55,979 nt of DNA from assembly GCF_001194135.2 (NCBI RefSeq), contig NC_069000.1, forward strand, positions 672,425 through 728,403, written 5' to 3'. Each line of letters starts with the position of its first letter. The first letter of the stretch is position 1. The notes below the pieces were generated by a model. The model was not told the origin of the DNA. It worked only from the letters and a program-made list of their open reading frames with translations, and searched no databases. The DNA is from Octopus bimaculoides. Lineage: Eukaryota. Shown here one piece after another: positions 1-52,700 of the stretch. A program made the position numbers and the translations under genes.

Positions 1-199
1 TGGGAGGGCGGGTTACCGCCAGCGAGTAGATAGGGCTCTTAATTGTAGATTTTAAATATTTGAGAGACAACAATGCATAAATCGTAATTTTTAAAAGATC
101 AATGAATTCTGGGTGATTAGAATATAACGTAGCATGAATTTAGGAAATATGAGAAGTTTAGTTCACTGGTGACCTAAACAAATAGGTACACTGAGTAAA

Positions 200-610
200 T
201 GCTATAATTGGTCATCCGCTAGGTTCCAAGTTCACAGATATTCGCTAACCTCTTCAACATGAACATATCATTCAAAATACTGCCTGGATTTACCTCGGAT
301 TAAACCTAAAGGCCTATACCTTCATGGAAGTATGGACCAACCTCCATACTCTCTGGAAAAAGATGAATTGTGACCTTTTATTATCCTGTCTGTATTCTTG
401 TATCTGCTTTTACTCTTTATTCTTCTATTTTATTCTTTATAAACTGTGAATTTCCCTGTCTGGAACTTTCATACATACTCACCTTGTCTCTGATGACGGA
501 ATACCCAGTGTACGGAGATGCTAACCTATCACTTGGGATATCCCAGAAACAGCTGTAAGACTTCAAATTGACCTTACCTTGATTAAATTACTATAAATAA
601 CTTGAGATAC
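200..610 (+). mobile_element. Probable Penelope-like retroelement 3' end
   Basis: Hammerhead motif after an AT-rich trailer, preceded by a short ORF tail (…RIKPKGLYL…*) weakly like a GIY-YIG end. Confidence 0.4.
486..561 (+). ncRNA. Type I hammerhead ribozyme motif of the Penelope-like-element kind
   Basis: Stem I GTCT(486-489)/AGAC(558-561), core CTGATGA(490-496), imperfect stem II 497-545, GAAA(546-549), palindromic stem III ACAGCTGT(549-556), GTA cleavage triplet. Confidence 0.72.
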
Positions 611-687
611 TTGTCCTGCTTTGGTTTTTGATGTTCTTTTCCTCTAATATATTATATATATATATATNNNNNNNNNNNNNNNNNNNA

Positions 688-830
688 GGAAGGGCATGCA
701 GCTGTAGAAACTCTGCCAAATCAGATTGGAGCCTGGTGTAGCCACCTGGTCCACCAGTCCTCAGTCAAATCGTCCAACCCATGCTAGCATGGAAAGCGGA
801 CGTTAAACGATGATGATGATGATGATGATA
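688..830 (+). mobile_element. SINE/LINE 3' tail of RTE type ending in (GAT)n
   Basis: aggaagggcat…ccaacccatgctagcatggaaagcggacgttaaac(gat)n; the motif recurs at least 10 times in the window. Confidence 0.8.
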
Positions 831-1732
831 TATATATCAACAATATTTGTATAAGACTCCTCCTGTTTATGTGCAGATTTGCAATTGTGCACCTCCAATT
901 GGTTAGGCCTGTAGATGTTGCCATTCTTCTATCACCATAAGTAAATGGAAAGACAAATGAGGTTACCATAAAGAGATACCTGTGTGTCATTGGATTATAG
1001 TGATAAACGTTTGTAAGACACAAGTACAACTGTGTGGGTCTCTGTAATTAATACCTAACGGCAAGTCAAAGTGAGATGTTGAAGCTGTTGACATAAAAGT
1101 ATATTTTGCATCAGAATGTTCATCTCCCAGAAGGATGTTGTGACAGCAGCTAGGGGTTCCTCACTCCCATTGGTTTATGCTAATTAACCCATAGCTGGGA
1201 CCGTCACAGGTGCTACTACTCTGGGTCAGAGTAGATCTGGGAACAACAGTGGCTAAGAAGTGGGGGCACACTCCTCAAAACCCTGGAACGCCTGAACCGG
1301 AGTCCCTCCACTGGACGCAGCTTAAAGTCATGTCCAGGACATTTCATAGGTGCTGGAGGACCTGGGCTGTCAATAATGACAAAGCTATCCAATGAAAATT
1401 GATGAAAAGAGGAAGAGGAAGTAAATAAAAATGTCAAGGTAACAGGAAGACCCAGGAAATTATATTTATCACTCCCAAAATACTCTATAGGTATAATTCA
1501 CTGTAGAAGTTCATGAAGAATAACATTCCTTGTATAGAAATGAGAAGGAACTGGTACACCTTGGCCTTCTGAATTTTCAGTCTGTAATTTCAAAAGGTTT
1601 CTAACCCCAACCTTAACCCAGATCAAGTAATTTCACAGCATAGACTAGAGATACTGCAATAAACTGTATGCTATAAAGTAGCATCGAAATTTCTTATTAC
1701 TGTTGCAAGGCAGGGCAAATAATCTGTATTTC

Positions 1733-1906
1733 ATCATCATCATCATCATCATCGTTTTAATATCCGTTTTCCATGCTGGCATGGGTTGGACAGTTTGACT
1801 GAGGACTGGCAAGCCAGGAGGCTGCACCAGGCTCCAGTTTGATCTGGCAAGGTTTCTGCAGATGGATGCCCTTCCTAATGCCAACCACTCCAAGAGTGTA
1901 TAAAAC
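1733..1906 (-). mobile_element. Same RTE-tail SINE, reverse orientation
   Basis: (cat)n-cgttttaatatccgttttccatgctggcatgggttggac… Further copies near 4195-4352+, 10898-11038+, 13250-13395+, 17277-17410-, 18945-19012-, 23580-23710+, 35868-35990+. Confidence 0.8.
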
Positions 1907-2195
1907 ATTATGAGACAATGAAGATAGCAGAATCAATTTCCAACAACAACAACAACAAAAATAAATAGAACAACTGCAACAAATAAGTGGGGACCTAATT
2001 TGGAAACTTAGAAAGATTTTTCTTGGTTTTGGGGGGGAAAAAAATTAAATCAAACTTAAATGATATTGTTCTATAGCATGGCAGCAACTTACCTCAAAAG
2101 AACTGTTCAAGCTACAAGAATGATGAAGAAATCTCTTATGAAGGTTGCAATGCATGGCAAGTCATTAAAATTTATGAATATTAAAACGAGTAAAG

Positions 2196-2552
2196 ATTGT
2201 TTGCCAACATAACATGGCAGTCCTGGTTTAGGACAAATGTTGCTGTAATTTAGCCCCAGGAGACATTGTCTCCAGCTGACTACACAACACGATCTGTGTC
2301 CTTATATTTTCGAACAAGGGAATCTAGCACCCCAACTCAGGTCAAAACAATATCAGTGTATCACAATTTCTGGGTTATTTCCCTTCGTCATGTTCGGCTA
2401 GAGGTGGCACTGTCAAATTCCCATTCAAAATATATAGTTTTCAAAGTGACAATTAGTCACTGATCTATAAATTAGAAAATTACTATTCCTGGGGCTAAAT
2501 TACAGCAACATTCGTCCTAAACCAGGACTGCCATATTATATTGGCAAACAAT
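2196..2552. mobile_element. MITE-like element with 66-bp terminal inverted repeats
   Basis: 2196-2261 matches the reverse complement of 2487-2552 with 3 mismatches; non-coding interior. Confidence 0.75.
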
Positions 2553-3416
2553 TTGAACTCCAAAGTACTGTTGTTGAATACCTCTTGTTGTGAGTAATTA
2601 AAACATTAGTTAAGCATTAAGAAAGCAGAATGAATTTTCAAATACAAAAGACAAACAGAACAACTAAATGAAGATGGTGTTGCAGTAAGAAAACAGAAAT
2701 GCCGTTGGTTAATACAGAAAACTTCAAACTGTTTCATTAAGAATTATGAGACAAATACAAAAAAAATAAACAAAACGATTCCAGCTTGCATTGGACGATT
2801 TAGAAAGAAGATCTTATAAAACAGAACAAATTCAACTGCTTCAAATGCTAAAGGGTTACTCACAAAAAAAGGTATACATACAAAAACATGTACCATATTA
2901 TATATGTATAATATATATAAGTGTTTACAAAAAATACTTGATGCAATCACAATACTTAACGAAAGCTTTTGTTATTAAAGTTTTTAACTACTTAAAAGAA
3001 GTCATTAAATATTTCTTAAAACAGTTGATAACTTGAAAAACTTACTTCATATATATATGTGTAATTTTGTTTTTTAAATAGTTAAATACACACACAGAGA
3101 GGCATGGATGTGTGGTTATACCACAACACCTGCATGGTTTCATGTTTGATCTCCGCTATTGAGTACCTTGGACGAGTGACATATGCTATGGCCTAAGGCT
3201 GACTGCTACAGTGGAGGTGACATCGGACATAGGCTGCACAGCAGCTTATCATGTGTGTGTGTTTGCTTCCATGTGCCTTTGTATTGACAATGGATTAACC
3301 ATTAAGCAAAATAAGCACATGCTAAGGGCATCAAGGGAAGGAGGGGGCACCACAGAAATGGTAAATGATTTACGGCACAAAAGAAATCACTTTAAACTTG
3401 CTAAAATAATATTCGG

Positions 3417-3535
3417 GATGCCTTTATTTCTACTAAGTATAGATGCAGATGTGTTACCTAAGATTAATTTTGAGGATCTGATCAAAGACTTTGCAGTTCA
3501 AAAAAGTAGGAGGGAACTTCTCAAATCCGGCCCTG
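3417..3535 (+). mobile_element. hAT transposon remnant (C-terminal dimerisation domain plus terminus)
   Basis: LFLLSIDADVLPKINFEDLIKDFAVQKSRR followed by aaatccggccctg (reverse complement cagggccggattt, a hAT-like end). Confidence 0.65.
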
Positions 3536-4659
3536 CTGACAGCAGCGAGGTTGTTTGTGTCTCCCTTAAATAAAAACGCTGAAGAGGTTAAATAGAATAT
3601 CTTCCTTGCACAGAAATATGTGTTGATGTTAGGAGGTGCGTCTGGCTGTAGATTACTTCAGAAATTACGATAGAATAAGCGGACATAAAAGAGTGAGAAA
3701 AAAAATCAGAGGTAAACGTAAACATGTTTTATTAAGTATTTCGACGCAAATTGCTTGTAGTTGGTAATAACTGATGTCATATTGGAGGAAAATTTTGCGA
3801 AGTCCCCAGAAGTAGCCTCCCTTGATCTCATTAGAGCTTACACTGTTATGAGCGAACCTAAAGAAGTATTATGGATAGAAGGTGATTGTGAAGAACTCAT
3901 GTAAAGGAAGATTAGCGAGCTAATAGTTTAAAGCTGGCCAATAGAATGCCTTGCTTACAGCAGCAGGATGACAGCTCAATTTTCTTGTTAAGGGATACAA
4001 CTGGCATTGACTGAAGCATCTCTAATCTCAAATCATATCAACACATCTTCAAAATAAAACAACACTCCATTGTAATGGAGTGTGTTCAATGCAATCTATG
4101 CACTGGTTGGTAAATAAATGAAGGACAATGGCAGGACAGCTCTTCTGGTATTGGTACCACAGTAAAATGATTGAAATGCTGAAAGTAGCAGCCATCAGGA
4201 AGGATGTACAACGCTGTAGAAACTTGCATGGACCCCCAAACCATCTGGAAGGGCAGTATCTCCAATTAAAACTAATTCAAACTGTGACAGCCCACTCAAC
4301 TCATGCCAACATTGGAAAAGTGGACGTCAAATGATGACGATGATGATAATGATAATGCACACGTCCATGTATCCATCCACACACACACACACACACACAC
4401 ACGCATTTGCATGTACAAATAAGAGGGGAAAAAATGAGAAACTGAGGCTTTTTTCTCCAATTTCTATTACATTTATCAAGATGACTTCTAAAATATCTTA
4501 AACTGCAAGCATCTGCCATTGACTGTTGGTCAGCTGTTGTTGTATGTGGAAACTCTGCAAGGATTAGTGTTGGAATGTTTGTCAATGTCATCAAAGCCCC
4601 ATTAGGCACAACTACACTAAAAGTTTGCATACATACATATACACATGCATGGATGTGTG

Positions 4660-4695
<36 letters not shown>

Positions 4696-5109
4696 CGTGT
4701 GAGAGAGAGAGAAAAAGAGAGAAATGCAACAAAAACTACCTTTAAGAAGTCTGTACAAAGACATTGTACTAAGACATTTATCTCCTTTCTTTATCATTCT
4801 GCAAGTAATTTGAAGTGTTTTCCCACAATCCCAAAATTTTTGCACAAAAACAGTGATAGAAACCAGNNNNNNNNNNNNNNNNNNNNNNNNNNNNNNNNNN
4901 NNNNNNNNNNNNNNNNNNNNNNNNNNNNNNNNNNNNNNNNNNNNNNNNNNNNNNNNNNNNNNNNNNAAACAATTTCATTCTATTTCTTCACAGATACAGT
5001 TATCATCATATCATCATAAATATCATCTCAGTTTGTATTTTTGTATTTATGTTACACATACACACACACATACACATTATTCAAGTGTTCAAATGGGAGA
5101 AAAAACATG

Positions 5110-6178
5110 CAAAACTACAGTGAAGTCTATGAATCCATTTGAAAATGTTGCTTGTCATTGCTTGATATTTACCATCTGAAATGTATGGAGAGGGTGCCAT
5201 AGCTGAAAGAACCACTCATGATTGGTATGCCAAGTTCAGAAATGGAAATTTTGACCTCAAAGACGCACCTTGTTCTGGCCGTCCAGTAGATTTCTTTGAA
5301 GAGCGATTAAACCAACTTTTGCACGAAAATTCTTGTCAAAAGACAAGGGAACTGGCAGAGAAAACAGAATGCTCCCACAGTGCTATAGAGAAGCATGTTC
5401 ACTCGATGGGAAAGGTTCAGAAGTATGGAACATAGGTTCTGCATGCTTTAAGTGACAACAACAAAAATCAACGAGCCACAATCTCCGCTAGTTTGCTTGC
5501 TTGTCACCACTCAACTCATGGACACAGGCAATGATTTCTTTACTGAATCGTTACTGGCGATGAAAAATGGTGTTTGTACATCAATATGAAGCAGTGTAAG
5601 GAATGGCTTAGCCCCGGTAAACAAGCGACACTGCGTGTGAAACAAGATCATCCGCATAAAACGAAGTTGTGCGTATGGTGAGACTGGGAAGGGATTATCC
5701 ATTACGAATTGCTTGAACGGAACCAAACGGTCAACGCGGAACTCTATGTTCAACAGCTGGAATGACTCAACACGGCTATTCAAGAGAAAAGACCTAATCG
5801 GCAACATGGAGTTCTTCTACTGCATGACAACGCCCACCCTCATATCGCCAATATGACCAAGGAAGCCATTCAAATGCATAGCTGGGAGGTGCTGCCACAC
5901 CCTCCGTACTCTCCTGATTTGGCTATAACAGATTTCCACCTCTTTCGATCTCTTTTAAATGCTATGTGTGGAGTTTCACTCAATACTGATGCAGAATTGA
6001 GAGCTTGGCTGGATCAATTTTTCAAGTCAAAATCTGGTGATTTTTACCAACGAGGTATTGAAAATCTTGTAACAACAAGGGTGAATACATTATTGATTAA
6101 TTAGTTGTTATTTTCTATTAAACCTTTTAAAAAATTTGAATTTTAAAAAATGGCAGGAACTTAGTTGCCAACCCAATA
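5110..6178 (+). mobile_element. Decayed mariner (D,D34D) transposon, left end missing
   Basis: VTGDEKW, HDNA…34 aa…YSPDLAITD, internal stops/frameshifts, right TIR ggaacttagttgccaacccaata ending in TA. Confidence 0.9.
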
Positions 6179-6439
6179 CTTAACTAACTTCTTTTATTTC
6201 AATTGTTTTAAGGACTTCTTTGATATCACGAAGACTTTCCAGTCCTGTACTATGAATGCAGCACCTCTTCTATAATTGCATTCATTATTTTCTTTATAGT
6301 ATAAGTTGTACCTAGTGTAAGCTATGGACACATAAGAGGTGCAGCAATATCAGAGGAAGGTTGACAGGGAAAATAGTTTTTGTGTGTGGAAGATGCACAG
6401 GTACAATAACCACCATAAATGTACCAAAAATAGACTCCA

Positions 6440-7130
6440 TCAACTGTCAGGGAGGTAAGTTAGAGGTAGTTGGTAGCTTCCGTTATCTAGATGACTAAGT
6501 TAGTAGCAGAAGTGGATGCCCTGAGAGCATAGCTGTGAGAATAAGAACAGGCTGGGCAAAGTTCAGAGAGCTCCTATCTCTGCTGGCAACAAAGGGCCTC
6601 AAAGTGAAAGACAGATTATATGATGCCTGTGTGCAAACCGGTATGCTACATGGCAATGAAACATGGGTTGTGACAGCTGAGGACATGTATAGGCTTGAAA
6701 GACATGAAGTCAGTATGCTTTGTTGGATGTGCAATGTCAGTGTGCATGTATGACAGAGTGTAAGCATCTTGAGAGAAAAGCTGGGCATAAGAGGCATCAG
6801 ATGTGGTGTGCAAGAGAGTCAGCTGTGCTGGTATGGTCATGTGATGCATATGGACGAGAACAGCTGTGTAAAGATGTGCCGATCTCTGTGGGAGGAACCT
6901 GTAAAAAGCACCTTTCGAGCATTGGGCCTCACAGAGGCAAAGTGGCTGATGCTGTGGCATGTGAAAAGCTCCTTTCGAGTGTTGGGTCTCACAGAGGCAA
7001 TGACCGAGACATTTGGCATTATGTTGTGCTTGAGAAGAAGACCCATCTTAAAAATAATGTGGTCCCAGTTTTACTGCACAACCCATGCCAGCATGGAAAG
7101 GAGATGTTAAACGACGATGACGATGACGAG
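6440..7130 (+). mobile_element. RTE-clade LINE 3' fragment
   Basis: RIRTGWAKFRELL…YDACV…MLHGNETW…LCWYGHVMHM with frameshifts, followed by the RTE tail. Confidence 0.85.
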
Positions 7131-7249
7131 GAGGAGGAGGAGGAGGGAAAAAAACCCCCAGAGTGATCACTGTTGAAATCTCTTTGATCACATTATCTGC
7201 TCAATAAAGATTGACATTTGCTTTTGTTTAACTCAAGTCACCCTATGTT

Positions 7250-8070
7250 ACCTCTATGTTGTTTAACATAGGTAAATCATTCAATTTCTCTTTAATAAAT
7301 CACACCTCTTTCTCTTCTTATTCTTTGGTAAACATGCTTGTTTCTTCATCTTTTCTTAATCCTTTTTTATCATTCTCATATCATTTCCATGCTTCTATCC
7401 TATACCCCTCTCTTTTTCCCTTCTTAATTCTGTCTCCCTTTTCTCTTTCCATCTCTGTCTTTATTGTGCTTTTTCATTCTCTTTTTACCTTTCTCAGTTT
7501 TCTTTTTCTCTCTTGATCTTTCTATCTCTTCTTTTGTCTTTTCTTCTATTTTTTCCACTCTTATCCCCTGCCTCTCTTTGCTTTTTCTGTTCCCCTTTTT
7601 CACCACATTTCCTTACATTTTCCCCCTTTTTACCTCTTATTTCTTTCCACTTTCTCTCTTACTGTTTTCTCGGATCCCAAAAGCCCCTTATTTATATCTT
7701 TTTCTTTACTTCTTTCTGTTCCTCTTTTTCTCTCTCTTCTGCCTTTCTATTCCCTATTCTTCCCCACACCTTTTCAATTCTTGCTCTTTCTCTTTAAACA
7801 CCAACCCCATTTATTTATTTTTCATTTCACTCTTTCTCTCTCTCCTCATTTTCCAATATTGCACAATCTTCAACCTATTTTTTTTTTGTTCCATTTTTCC
7901 ACACCCTCTACTCTCTTCTCATTTGTTCACTATTCTTTATCACTATTTCTCTCTCTCTCTCTCTCCTTCCTCCTCCCTCTCCCCCTCTCACCTCTCCATC
8001 CTCTCTCTTCTCTTTCAATTATGTCATTTGGGTGCTTTTCCTTACTGTCATTCACCTCATATTCTACAAG
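7250..8070 (+). repeat. About 820-nt pyrimidine-rich low-complexity tract upstream of exon 1
   Basis: Very few G on the + strand. Confidence 0.85.
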
Positions 8071-8073
8071 CTT

Positions 8074-49554
<41,481 letters not shown>

Positions 49555-49676
49555 GTAAGTATTCAATTTTTGTGTGNNNNNNNNNNNNNNNNNNNNNNNN
49601 NNNNNNNNNNNNNNNNNNNNNNNNNNNNNNNNNNNNNNNNNNNNNNNNNNNNNNNNNNNNNNNNNNNNNNNNNNNN

Positions 49677-49754
49677 CTGTATTCGTTCAACAGACACAAT
49701 GTTGGCCTCCAGGTCACTTCTAACACGTATGAACCATCCAAGGAAGAAAGTTAT
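49677..49754 (-). CDS. ABCC1: Copy B exon 25, 5' part (ITFFLGWFIRVRSDLEANIVSVERIQ)
   Basis: tttcag| acceptor; runs into a 100-N gap at the same base as copy A. Confidence 0.92.
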
Positions 49755-52700
49755 CTGAAAAAAACAAATAGAAATCATTTTCTATTGTTCTTTAGCATAA
49801 AGAGTTATTGGTAATTATTCAACTTTATTTCTCCTCCTTGCTATTTCAGTATTAATTATTATTATGACCAAGGAAGCATCTAGAAATAGCAGCCAAATTG
49901 CTCTGCTGTGTTACAAAAGGACACGTTGGATAATGCGAGATTGTCACAGGTGAAATACTTTTGATCATAGGTTTATTCAGTCATGGCAGCCTGGGGTTAA
50001 ACAACCACAAAAATCATCATGATCACTTTTATGATTCCAAAATGTTTGGGTGGTAGGTCCAACATGATCCCTTGCCCCAGTGATTAGGTAGTGGTCAGTG
50101 GGTATCTTTAGTGGAGGATTTATACTGGAATCCTTTTTGTTCTTACTTTGTCCATGATTGTTCCTATATATATTGACCAAATAATGTTCAGGTTAAACCT
50201 TGGTGCTGCATCAATCTCACCAATCTACCAAAGTAAGGGTTATAAATTATACATTCAAAGGGCTTCAGTATAGTTTCCATTTAAGAAATTCTGCTCATAA
50301 AGTATTCATCAAACTGAGACTACAGCAGAAGAGGCTTATGCAAAGTGCACTGAACCTGGAATCAGGAATGTGAAACAAGGGAAGGGTGGGCCTGCTCAGT
50401 CATTCTTTAATAATGGATGGACAAAATAGAAAGATGGATATAAGCCATTTTGAATGCTTGAACCACATGTTCCTGGTTGTTATGCTTGGAGCAACATAGA
50501 CGAGTTTAATGCTAGTCTAAGACTGACAGAAAAAATCCCCAACTGTATTAAACTGTAAGGAAAAAATAGTAAACAAGGAAGCTTCTTTGTCAATAGTGGT
50601 GGAAGCTTTTTAGTTGAAAAAATGAATTTTAAATATGTACAAAGTGGTGAGAATGCATATGTGTTGATAAAAATTATCTTCAATTTTAGAATTCATTGGT
50701 ATGTACTGTATTAACTTTCTGTTTTTTTTGTATGGATTTTTAGAGATTTTATCAACCCATTTCAAATTTTTTGAATGAAGGTGAAAAGTTCACCTGTGGT
50801 GAGAGGATGTTTGCCCTTGCTTTCAAAAGTTGCTTCAATTATTAGAAATAGCAGTCAACTCCCTCAAATCCTACCATACTGTCTTTAACAAAAAGGGAAA
50901 GACCTAACAAAGAACTAAACAACAACATTAAGAAAAATATAAATGTCATACTAGAAGGAAAGAAGGAAATATAAAGCTGAAGGCTTGAAAAACTTGTCTT
51001 GGAAGAAAGGGAGAACAAACAATACTGAAGATATGAAAAAAAAACTTGCCTTGGAAGGATGGATATACAATGGTGATAGTATAAAAAAATTGTCTTACAC
51101 TTAACGCATAGCTCAGGGAAAGTCCAATATTTCCATGGGAAGCACCAAATGCAATGGCAAAGATTGCTGAACAAACAATATTGGTGTTTCCAATGAGATC
51201 AATACGTATGCTCAACCACCTTAATGAAGGAAGAGAAAACATTGAAGAAAAAAAGTTTTAAAGATAATAAAATAAAATTACAATAAAAATTAAGTATTTA
51301 TTTCTAGTTTTGAGAATAACAGATTTCTAATACATGGTTTGTCAAAAAAACTGTCAAATGCAGTGGAATTGTCAGTGATCAGGTCATAAGTGTGCAATGA
51401 AACTTCTCAGTACTTGATAGTTTTATATACTATTTTATCATACTTGTATTGGTCAGACAAAATTTTCTGCAGTAGATTTTTTTTATGTAGCATTGCTGTT
51501 CATACACAGGCATCATTTGATCTGCTTCTCATTCTGACGTTTTTGGTACCAAAAGCGGTAAAAGTTCTCTGCATTTTCTACAGCCATTTCATATTCTAGC
51601 AGCTATATTTTCAGAGCATCTCCTCCACTGCTAATTAGGTCAACTAGATACTAGAATGTACCTGCTACTTCTAGGGAGCTTCCTGAGCATTTCAGAACAC
51701 CCACTTCCTGTATACTCTTATTTATTGCTCCTGCACATCTGACACAAACAAATTCTACTTTCTGTTAGTCTTCTGGCGATTCCACTGCATCTCTAACTTG
51801 CCCACAGTCTGCACTGAGCACAATGAATGGAACTTCTATCTACACCTTTACATCATGTCTACATTTGAAACAGGGCCATTTTCCCAATGGGATCAGTGTC
51901 CTGTTTGTTTCCCAGTTAATTAAAACATTTTTCTTTGTTCTTGTACCTGGTTTGCAAGATTCTTTATGTGAATTCATGTCTTAAAACAAATTTTGTTGTG
52001 TTTGGGGAGAGTCATATTGCCTTAGTATCTAACACACTCACCAGTTCAATTTCCACTCATACAAATGATGACAGAAGAAATATAAAAAAGATAAGTAAAG
52101 CACAGGATGATGCATTGAGAATAGGATCATTTATAGAATATTCCAGAACTCTGCTTACCTGTTGATGATCAGTAAAGCACTGTTTGCAAGAAGATTTTCA
52201 TTAATTAAATCTTCAAAGAGATTAATGAAGTATGACTGCATACGATATGCTCGGATACTGTTGACCCCAAGGACAGTCTCACCAAACAAGCTGTATATGG
52301 GAGAACGGCTCACTGACTCGATACGTTTTAGTTGCCGGGAAGCTGGTATAAAATATCTCTGTAACACACCAAAACACAGATTATCTTCCAAAGACACTAT
52401 TTTTATAATACATCAAAAGGCAAATCAAGTGTATATAATAAAACTGAAATATGTTCAGACTGTTATCAGAAGTACCAAAGATCAGATTCACCTCTCATTA
52501 CATATACTCATTCAATTTGTAATTGATTTGAATTTTAGATACGTCTCCTTTCATAACCAGAATTAATTCTTAAAGCTAATAATTCATTCTCTTGACTGCA
52601 AGCATAATTTTTTTGCCAGTTAAACATAATATGGGAACTCATTAAATTAAATTTGTGAGTTTCCCACTCAACTTAACTCTATATTTTCAGTTGTTTATAA

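Noticed and set aside
4062-4083. Perfect 10-bp palindrome acactccatt-gt-aatggagtgt
   Set aside because: Too short and isolated to exceed chance or imply function.
4089-4109. Candidate first exon MQSMHWL|gtaaat
   Set aside because: 8074-8118 matches the MRP N-terminus far better, and this block belongs downstream and inverted.
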